From NCBI GenBank assembly GCA_031291875.1, contig JARLIE010000183.1, forward strand, positions 65,356 through 129,355: a DNA stretch of 64,000 nucleotides, in the 5' to 3' direction. Origin of the DNA: Minisyncoccota bacterium. Lineage in GTDB: Bacteria > Patescibacteriota > Minisyncoccia > Phycocordibacterales > UBA2100. The notes beneath the pieces were generated by a model, which was not told the DNA's origin, made no database searches, and saw nothing but the letters and a program-made list of their open reading frames with translations. Positions 57,085 through 64,000 of this stretch are shown here, in pieces. Both the position numbers and the translations under genes were made by a program. Positions within the stretch are counted from its first letter, which is position 1. Every line of letters begins with the position of its first letter.

Positions 57085-57987
57085 CTAAACTTTTATGCCT
57101 TCAAGTGCTTCGATTCGCTTCTCAATCGGCGGGTGTGTCGAGAATAAATTCTGCATCCACTTCCCTGCCGGGTGCGCACCGAACGGGTTTGAGATATAAA
57201 GATGCGCGGTCGTCGTCGAGGCCGTGCGCATAGGCGCCTCGTAGCTGCCCAATTTGCGCAAAGCGGACTCGAGGCCCTCCGGATATCGCGTGAGAAGTGC
57301 GCCGGAAGCATCGGCGAGGTATTCGCGCCGTCGGGAAATCGCGAGCTGGATAAGCGTCGCCGCGATTGGCGCGAGAATAATGGCGATGAAGCCCAGGACG
57401 AGAATGACTGCGTTTTGATTGTCGCGATCTCGCCCACCGCCAGAGCCGTTCCAGAAGCTGATCCTTAGGAAGAAATTCGCGAGCAATGAAATGATGCCCA
57501 CGAGCACGATCGCTGCCGTCGAAAGAAGAATATCGCGGTTGCCGATGTGCGAGAGTTCGTGTGCGAGCACACCTTCGAGCTCGCTGCGATCCATCATCTG
57601 CAAGAGGCCTTCCGTCACCGCGATTGCCGCGTGATTTTTGTCGCGACCGGTCGCGAACGCGTTCGGAGCGGGATCAGGAATAATGTATACGCGGGGCTTG
57701 GGCAAGCCTGCAGTGATGGCGAGGTTCTCGACAATGCGGTGGAGCTCTCGGTAGTGATCCTCATCAGCCGGATACGCGCGAGCCTGCGCAAGCGCGGTCC
57801 TGTCGGAGAACCAGTACGCCCAAACGTTCATACCAAGGGCGAGGGCGATCGCGATATACAATATCGCGGTCGAATCGTAGTAGTACGAAACGAACCAACC
57901 GATTGCGACGACCAATGCTAAAAAGACCGTCATCATAAGCCACGTGCGCACGACGTTGCGGGATTGTTGCGTGTAGAGGGATGCCAT
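57085..57987 (-). CDS. htpX: Zinc metalloprotease HtpX (M48)
   Basis: HELSHIGNRD zinc-binding HExxH, four TM helices, and the C-terminal NLFSTHPPIEKRIEAL. Confidence 0.9.
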   Translation of the reverse strand: MASLYTQQSRNVVRTWLMMTVFLALVVAIGWFVSYYYDSTAILYIAIALALGMNVWAYWFSDRTALAQARAYPADEDHYRELHRIVENLAITAGLPKPRVYIIPDPAPNAFATGRDKNHAAIAVTEGLLQMMDRSELEGVLAHELSHIGNRDILLSTAAIVLVGIISLLANFFLRISFWNGSGGGRDRDNQNAVILVLGFIAIILAPIAATLIQLAISRRREYLADASGALLTRYPEGLESALRKLGSYEAPMRTASTTTAHLYISNPFGAHPAGKWMQNLFSTHPPIEKRIEALEGIKV

Positions 57988-58038
57988 GGCGCAATAATAC
58001 CGCTTTCGCTCGGCAAATCCAACAAAACATACGGCCCG

Positions 58039-58578
58039 CTAGCAGGCGGGCCGTTTTCGTTTTCGCTTTCTTGAACGCTTCGAAAGGCGATAGTGGTCTC
58101 CCATGCGACGGATGCACTCACCAGCTATCCCGATCACCCGGTACTTTTGTATGTCACCGGCTCTGACCCATTTGAACTCCGAACAATCACCTCGTTTGAG
58201 TTTGACGCAACCTCCTACGTGCCTAGCAGCAAAAACGATGAATATCGAATATATGCCGTCGGGCCGGACGAACGACGCATTGTCGAGATACCGGGGCACG
58301 CCAACTTCGATCCCGGCCTCTTCGAGGCTCTCGCGGGAACCGGCTCGATACAGCACGCCTTGACCGAAGGATCGCTTTTTTCGAAATCCGACAAAGTCTT
58401 TTTTGCGATCAACGCCGCCACCCGGCAAGGTCCAACGATGCGGCCACACCGTGTGTCGACCAGTCCTTCGCATAATTAGATACTCGCGCGGATTGCCGCG
58501 ATAGATGACGTACTGGACGACGACCCGGTATCGCTCTTGGAGCTTTTGTTTGGTTGATTTCTCCGACCTCTTTTTCAT
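58039..58578 (-). CDS. NUDIX-family hydrolase (divergent)
   Basis: PGGGVDRKKD...RESLEEAGIEVGV is a Nudix-box-like segment. Confidence 0.5.
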   Translation of the reverse strand: MKKRSEKSTKQKLQERYRVVVQYVIYRGNPREYLIMRRTGRHTVWPHRWTLPGGGVDRKKDFVGFRKKRSFGQGVLYRAGSRESLEEAGIEVGVPRYLDNASFVRPDGIYSIFIVFAARHVGGCVKLKRGDCSEFKWVRAGDIQKYRVIGIAGECIRRMGDHYRLSKRSRKRKRKRPAC

Positions 58579-58640
58579 TCGAAGTCTCCTTTCCTTCCGA
58601 CTCTATACCAGAAAAAGCCTACAATTGCACTTCAAACAAG

Positions 58641-58666
58641 AAAGGCGGCCAAGTATGACCGCCTTT
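58641..58666. terminator. Hairpin terminator downstream of lemA
   Basis: aaaggcggccaagtatgaccgccttt. Confidence 0.4.
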
Positions 58667-58701
58667 AAAGACGTAATAATGTCGTCGCCGGCACGCCCGA
58701 A

Positions 58702-59271
58702 CTAGAACTGCACTTTTACCGGTTGTTGTGCCGCTGCCTGTTCTTCCGCACCAAGTTGAAAGTAATCGGCGGGCTTGAAGCCGAACATATTCCCGATCAA
58801 ATTGCCCGGGAAACGTTGCAAACGGGTGTTGAGATCCTGCACGACTGAATTGTAGAAACGGCGCGCGGCCTGCAGTTTGTTTTCGGTGTCTTCGAGTTGG
58901 CGCTGGAGTTCGAGGAAGTTTTCGTTCGCTTTCAAGTTGGGATAGCTTTCGGCGACTGCGAAGAGCGATTTGAGCGCTCCGGAGAGCATGTCTTCGGCCT
59001 GTGCCTTATCGGCTGGCGCGGTCGCGTTCATCGCGCGAGTGCGCATCTCGGTGACCTTTTCGAGGGTACCGGATTCGTGCGCGGCATAGCCCTTGACCGT
59101 TTCAACCAAATTCGGGATGAGATCGTAGCGGCGTTTGAGCTGCACGTCGATATCCGACCAAGCTTCTTTCACGCGCTGTGTGAGCGTGACAAAACCGTTA
59201 TAAGAAGCGACCGCCCAAATCACGAGAATAACGAGTATCGCGAGCAAGACGTAGAGAAGTGTCATATGCAA
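58702..59271 (-). CDS. LemA-family protein
   Basis: N-terminal TM then LTQRVKEAWSDIDVQLKRRYDLIPNLVETVKGYAAHE... matches the LemA signature. Confidence 0.85.
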   Translation of the reverse strand: MHMTLLYVLLAILVILVIWAVASYNGFVTLTQRVKEAWSDIDVQLKRRYDLIPNLVETVKGYAAHESGTLEKVTEMRTRAMNATAPADKAQAEDMLSGALKSLFAVAESYPNLKANENFLELQRQLEDTENKLQAARRFYNSVVQDLNTRLQRFPGNLIGNMFGFKPADYFQLGAEEQAAAQQPVKVQF

Positions 59272-59313
59272 ATATTATACAACATATAACCGGTTTATTC
59301 CAAGATACGATTG

Positions 59314-59377
59314 GGTGTGAATGGACACCATTCACACCTAAATTAAGTAAAGCCTGTGAATGGTGCCCATTCACAGG
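59314..59377. repeat. Two tandem near-identical 25-bp palindromes (GGTGTGAATGGacaCCATTCACACC; CCTGTGAATGGtgcCCATTCACAGG)
   Basis: Perfect 11-bp arms around 3-nt centres, 39 bp apart, located between the stop of the giant gene (59378) and the lemA start. Confidence 0.5.
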
Positions 59378-62300
59378 CTAGTAGCAAAAGCCGGTCGTCC
59401 AACAGACTTTTAGATAGCTGGTATTGATTGCGTTGGTTTGCAAAAATCCGATTTGTCCAAGGCCAGGCTGTTCGAAAGGTGCTATATCCGCCGGAAGTTG
59501 GTATCCGGCGTTGCCGAGCATACTCTGAAGCTGCGTTACCTGAGAAGCTGATAGTGCATTCCATTGAATCGAATCGAGCTGCGATTGACTGAAGGTAACG
59601 GAAGACGCCCCCGAATCATACGCCGCGAGTACCGCTTCTTTCATACTCGGTGGTATCGCTGCGGCGAGTATCGGGTTTACCAAGAAATCTCCACGAAGAT
59701 CGCCCGCGTTCGAGAGTGTGTACGTTTTCTCAGGAGCGGGAACCGGGGTTTGATCCGCGCCAGCGCTTGCGGCATTTGCCTTCTCTTGATTGAGCTGGTC
59801 GGCCTGCTGCTGTGCGGCCGCCTGTTGAACCTGTTGCGTAACCTGATCGCCTGATTGCTGAACCGCGATTTGTCCTTCGCTCGCAGCAACATTGTTCATG
59901 ACCCCCGCCGTTTGCGGACCAACAGCGCCGTCAGATTGAATACCGTTTCCTTTTTGAAAGGTTTCGACGGCCGCCTGCGTTTGTGCGCCATAGACACCGT
60001 CAACTTTGAGACTGAATCCCTGCTGGTTGAGAAATTGTTGAATCGTTTTGACGTCCGCACCGGTATTCCCTACTTCACAGACGCCGCCGCAACCAGCGAG
60101 ATTAAGGCCGAGCTGCCCAGCATCCGCCGGACGAGGCGTAGGTAGCGGAGGATTTTCTATCGGCTGCACATCCTGCTGGAACTGCGTGGCGTCGGTGATC
60201 GTTTTCGCCACATCCGGGTTGTACGAAGCCGCACCGAGCGCGACCGAATTTGGGTCGAACGAATCGGTACTTAGTTTGGTTCCATTAGCGTCCGACCCGA
60301 TCGAGGAATTTGTATCGATGAGTGAAAAATTTCGATCCGCGCTCGTCACGTCGGCGAGCGTCGCGGCTGCACTTGCAGGAGGAGGCGTTCCTGCCAAAGA
60401 AGCATCCATCTGCGCCGCGACGGTTTGTTGGATCTGCGCGGTAACCTGCTCACCGCTTTGCACATCGGTCGAAGGAGTCGGTATTTCTCTTGCAATCGCG
60501 ATCTGTCGAAGAGAATCGACCGAGTTCTGAAACGCGTCCTGCACGTAATTGGCTGCATTTGAAACCGCACTCGAAACACGATCGGTGAGCGACGCTTGTA
60601 CGGGAGCTAAAGCGGATTGTTCGACCGGAGGCGTCGGAACACTCTGCGCAACCGGCGCTTGCGCAGCTACCTCATGCGCAATTTGATTCGTGAGCGCCTC
60701 TCCGCTTTGCACGCTCGTGTCGGGCACCGGAACCTGCGAAGGAGCACTCTTAAGCGCTTGGTCGTATGCCGCAGTTTGTTGATCCGCCTGCGCGAGTCGA
60801 TCTTGCAATTGCGCCTGCTGCGCCGCCTGGTAATCGGGAGTGTTTCCCTGTACGGAGTTGTAGAACGAGTTCGCATCTTGCGGGGAAAGACTCTGTCCCT
60901 GCGTGAGCAGTTGCGCCTGCGCCTGCGCTTGTGTCGGGATGTTTACCTCCGCTGCTGACGGAACAGGCACCTGATTGCCCGCGCCGGCGATTGCACTGTC
61001 GTAGATTTGCTGCGTAAGCGCCTGGCCGCTTGGCAGATCGGTATTGACCGGGGGCAGTATTGGATTATTAAATGCTACCGTTTGAGCATCGGCCTGCGCG
61101 AGACGATCGTTCAACTGCGTTTGTTGTGCGTCTTGCGCAAGCTGCGCTTCGATCGAAGCCTGCGCATCCGTCTGTACTTGCTCGGGAGTCGGAATGTTGG
61201 CGGCGATTTGCTGATCGGAAAGCGGCAATGCCGAGCTAGTGACTTGTCCGGCCGGATACGGCGCTTCGAGCTGGGGGCCTTGCGTGACGTTGCCACTCGG
61301 GTTTGCAGGCCCTTGATCGACCGCGACTTGCGGCTCGGTATAGGGCGCGAGACTAGGAGTTACTCCTTGAAGCACGCCGCCGCTCAAGCCGCCGTCTTGT
61401 GTGGCCGAAATCGGCTGAAAATTCGCTGAACCGGTCGGTTCGAGCAGAGGACTAGAGTCGACTTGTCCTGCTGGATATGCCGTTCCCGAATCGGCAAGCG
61501 CGGGCGATTGGAACTGTGAACTGCCGCCGATCGAAGCAGTCCAACCTTCGGCGAGGGGGCCGGGTGTATAGGAATCACTGGGAAGCGATCCTGGTGTGGA
61601 GTTCCAAAGACTGTTCAACGTGGATGCGACCTGTACCCCCGAAGAGTAACCGCCCGTGCTGTTTACGAGCGACACCTGCATATCGGCCCGTCCTTGATCT
61701 TGCGTAAGGCCGACGGCATTTGCAGCAGCAGGATTCAAGTCGATACCTTTTCCGCAAGCCGAACAACTATCCCCCACTACGGCTGTTATAGATTGTCCCG
61801 TATCTGGATTCGTTACTTTAAGGACGTCTCCATACGAGTATCCTGAGTTGTATCCCGCAGCCACTGTCGGAACTTTTGGATCCAGATAGTTGTCGTGTGT
61901 GCCATACAACCCTCCCTCTTCGACAACGCTACAGCCTGTGGGTCCTCCAACGCAGCCGGGATAGTAGATCGTTGCAGGGGTGGTCTCCCCTGTTCCCGCC
62001 CCTGTGCCGGGCTGTTGGCTGCCGAATGTATTTTGCTCAACATATGAGAGCGCCGATTGCGCCCAGCTGCCGCCCGTATCGGCGATTCCCTTTGCGACAC
62101 TTTGTGCGTCCTGCATTGCGAGTTCCCCGGGTGTTTGCGTAACAAGAGAATTCGCCTGCGCAACGTCTTGCAACGACGGGCCGAGATTTCCATCCGGCGT
62201 CGAGACGGGCGCAAAACCGGGATTGGAAACGGGCGAGAATGAGCTATCTGTTGATCCTCCTACGGGAGAAGACTCGAGCGGTGGCGCAGGCACACTCGAT

Positions 62301-62956
62301 TGCAGTTGATATGATTGTTGTGCATCGGGTAACCAAGCTGCTTGATCAGACAAAGACTGGCCTGTGGATCCGTTCGGCTCCCCTCCCACATACTGAGGCG
62401 GTACCGTACCGTTTTGTCCCGAGATCCATTGGTATGCATCTTGCAGGAGTGAGCTTCCCTGGGTCGGCGTCCCGACCGTCGTCGGCTGCGCACTTGCGGC
62501 GGGTGTCGCGCCGGAAGAAGCCGATGCGGGATTCGCGCCACTAACCGTCGGCGATGCGCTGGGGTTTGCATTTGTCTGCGTTCCGTTTGCCGAGGCACCA
62601 TTCGTAGCCTGCTGCTTTTGCTGTGGCGTTACTTGCTGTGGCGTTTTGCCATCTGTTTTTTGAGCTAAACACTTTCCTGCCGCGACGCAGATTCCCTGCG
62701 TCGGCTGACCGTTGGTGACATCCTGACAAATCCCGACCGGACACGCATGCGTATTGCTTCCTTTACTACACTTTCCGGGATTGCTGCTATCCGGTTTTTC
62801 GTTGCAGGGACATTGTTCGTAGTACGGCTGACACAAACCATCGGCGCTCTCTCCGACCGCGCTCGCACGAGCTGCGGGCACCAGAATACACGCAAGGAGC
62901 GCAATCAAAATCAATTTCGATCTGAAACCTTTGTGACCCGTTTGCATGCTGCTCAT
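59378..62956 (-). CDS. Giant secreted protein (1192 aa): Q/A/P-rich low-complexity region, RlpA-like DPBB domain, C-terminal PG-binding domain
   Basis: Signal peptide; DPBB-like segment ..GYSYGDVLKVTNPDTGQSITAVVGDSCSACGKGIDLNPAAANAVG; PG_binding_1-like segment GADVKTIQQFLNQQGFSLKVDGVYGAQTQAAVETFQ. Confidence 0.55.
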   Translation of the reverse strand: MSSMQTGHKGFRSKLILIALLACILVPAARASAVGESADGLCQPYYEQCPCNEKPDSSNPGKCSKGSNTHACPVGICQDVTNGQPTQGICVAAGKCLAQKTDGKTPQQVTPQQKQQATNGASANGTQTNANPSASPTVSGANPASASSGATPAASAQPTTVGTPTQGSSLLQDAYQWISGQNGTVPPQYVGGEPNGSTGQSLSDQAAWLPDAQQSYQLQSSVPAPPLESSPVGGSTDSSFSPVSNPGFAPVSTPDGNLGPSLQDVAQANSLVTQTPGELAMQDAQSVAKGIADTGGSWAQSALSYVEQNTFGSQQPGTGAGTGETTPATIYYPGCVGGPTGCSVVEEGGLYGTHDNYLDPKVPTVAAGYNSGYSYGDVLKVTNPDTGQSITAVVGDSCSACGKGIDLNPAAANAVGLTQDQGRADMQVSLVNSTGGYSSGVQVASTLNSLWNSTPGSLPSDSYTPGPLAEGWTASIGGSSQFQSPALADSGTAYPAGQVDSSPLLEPTGSANFQPISATQDGGLSGGVLQGVTPSLAPYTEPQVAVDQGPANPSGNVTQGPQLEAPYPAGQVTSSALPLSDQQIAANIPTPEQVQTDAQASIEAQLAQDAQQTQLNDRLAQADAQTVAFNNPILPPVNTDLPSGQALTQQIYDSAIAGAGNQVPVPSAAEVNIPTQAQAQAQLLTQGQSLSPQDANSFYNSVQGNTPDYQAAQQAQLQDRLAQADQQTAAYDQALKSAPSQVPVPDTSVQSGEALTNQIAHEVAAQAPVAQSVPTPPVEQSALAPVQASLTDRVSSAVSNAANYVQDAFQNSVDSLRQIAIAREIPTPSTDVQSGEQVTAQIQQTVAAQMDASLAGTPPPASAAATLADVTSADRNFSLIDTNSSIGSDANGTKLSTDSFDPNSVALGAASYNPDVAKTITDATQFQQDVQPIENPPLPTPRPADAGQLGLNLAGCGGVCEVGNTGADVKTIQQFLNQQGFSLKVDGVYGAQTQAAVETFQKGNGIQSDGAVGPQTAGVMNNVAASEGQIAVQQSGDQVTQQVQQAAAQQQADQLNQEKANAASAGADQTPVPAPEKTYTLSNAGDLRGDFLVNPILAAAIPPSMKEAVLAAYDSGASSVTFSQSQLDSIQWNALSASQVTQLQSMLGNAGYQLPADIAPFEQPGLGQIGFLQTNAINTSYLKVCWTTGFCY

Positions 62957-62959
62957 AGA

Positions 62960-64000
62960 TTATTGAACGCCGACGCTCGTTGAGGTCGCGATTATCGAAT
63001 TGGAGAGGGTCTGACATTGGATCGTGAAGAGTGTTGTCGCCGTGAGCTTCGGCGAAAACACGCTGCCTGCCGTCGTCGTGCCGATTGTGAACCCACTCGA
63101 AGTGACCACTTGGCAAGCCTTGGTGCCGACAGAACTCCAGGAAATTCTCGCGCTGCCGCCGCTTTTCACGGAAGTCGGTGTCGTCACGATCGAGACGACT
63201 GCTGCAGGCGGCGTTGACGTGGCCGTCGTTGTCGCCTGTAGCGCAGAAACAACAGGCTGCTGCACGAGCGGATAGCCGCTCGTTTGTTGCTGGGGTTGTG
63301 ACGAATAGGCCGGTTGGGATGTTTGCGCGAATTGCGAGGGCGCTCCGACGGGCGTCGTCGTGTAGGTCGGATTATTCGTGTACGGATATCCGGCGGTGGT
63401 CGGCCATGGGTTGGCAGGTTTTGGTTGGGCCGGACGATCGTCGGGAGCGGTGTATTGATTGGGGTTGGACGGATCCTGCGCTACCGGAACCGGAGTTACA
63501 GGAATCGGCTGACCATTTTGATCCAACTGAAGTGTTCCGTCGGGGTTAGTAAGGAATTGGCCAGTGCCGTCCGTATTCGGCGATTGCGTTGTAGTAATCG
63601 GCTTGCCGTTTCCATCGAGAATCGGCTGGCCATTTTGATCGACGAACTGATACGTCGGTACCGGTGCTGGAACGACGCCTTGGTATACATACGCCATCGT
63701 TACAGGCCCCGCTTCCAACGAGTCCCTATGTCCTGGCTCAATTTGTCCGTGGGTACCGACTTCCCAACCAAGCTGATCCATCGCCACGTTGGTAATTTTT
63801 TCCATCGCCACGATCTGCGCGGGCGTCGGATTATCCCCTTGATTGGTCAAGCCTTGTATCTCGATACCGGGCCCCATTTTATTGGTGGTCGCGGCATGGA
63901 ACGAAAGTGCGTCTACGGGTGCGACTACTACCAGCGTTCCGTCTCTTTGCAAAACCATTTGAGCCGCCGGGCTGCCGTTATTATTCTGACTTATCTCCGT
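62960..64000 (-). CDS. Secreted Pro/Thr/Gln-rich protein, partial (continues beyond window end); possible amidase-like N-terminal region
   Basis: The ORF is open to the window edge. ..ALSFHAATTNKMGPGIEIQGL...HGQIEPGHRDS loosely resembles peptidoglycan amidase_2 motifs. Low complexity in the C-terminal half. Confidence 0.4.
   Translation of the reverse strand, partial: TEISQNNNGSPAAQMVLQRDGTLVVVAPVDALSFHAATTNKMGPGIEIQGLTNQGDNPTPAQIVAMEKITNVAMDQLGWEVGTHGQIEPGHRDSLEAGPVTMAYVYQGVVPAPVPTYQFVDQNGQPILDGNGKPITTTQSPNTDGTGQFLTNPDGTLQLDQNGQPIPVTPVPVAQDPSNPNQYTAPDDRPAQPKPANPWPTTAGYPYTNNPTYTTTPVGAPSQFAQTSQPAYSSQPQQQTSGYPLVQQPVVSALQATTTATSTPPAAVVSIVTTPTSVKSGGSARISWSSVGTKACQVVTSSGFTIGTTTAGSVFSPKLTATTLFTIQCQTLSNSIIATSTSVGVQ

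Noticed and set aside
56748-57233. 161-aa plus ORF (R/S-rich) and 67-aa minus ORF near 56710-56913
   Set aside because: The plus ORF is antisense and out of frame with htpX and low-complexity. The small acidic minus ORF is possible but unsupported, so it is not called.
59564-62983. Numerous plus-strand ORFs inside the 1192-aa gene and ORFs 62787-63116, 63017-63275
   Set aside because: They are shadow ORFs in low-complexity GC-rich coding sequence.
1-64000. CRISPR arrays, rRNA genes, IS elements or integrases
   Set aside because: I looked for short regularly spaced direct repeats, 16S/23S-like conserved blocks and transposase/integrase motifs (DDE, tyrosine recombinase R..H..R..Y) and found none. 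The only repeats seen are those reported above.

Overview
Dense ~64 kb window from a small-genome bacterium, possibly Patescibacteria/CPR-like (that assignment is a guess from gene content). It is mostly core genes: parB, clpB, gyrA, infB-rbfA, ftsA-ftsZ, rpsA, rpsU, rpmG, pth, lepB, ybeY, miaA, trxB, pyrE/pyrF, panD, htpX. There are eight tRNAs (Leu-CAA, Trp, Tyr, Cys, Leu-TAA, Lys, Leu-TAG, Ser-GGA), an RND efflux pair, a cell-wall/surface gene neighbourhood (sortase plus LPSTG protein, L,D-transpeptidase, C39-like peptidase, PG-binding proteins, a giant 1192-aa secreted protein), and tandem arrays of small VirB2/TrbC-like membrane proteins. No CRISPR, rRNA or transposase was seen. The standout is a compact three-gene ubiquitin-like conjugation operon (E2-like with a large unknown N-terminal domain, minimal ThiF/E1, 78-aa beta-grasp-sized protein) between tRNA-Trp and rpmG. 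Second is a ~117-nt structured-RNA-like element present twice, each 40-41 nt downstream of a class II tRNA, with compensatory base changes between the copies. Also noted: a GC3-anomalous gene cassette, a dispersed short-repeat family in an AT-rich islet next to tRNA-Ser, and tandem palindromes upstream of lemA. All coordinates and calls rest on reading the sequence and translations by eye; no database search was possible.
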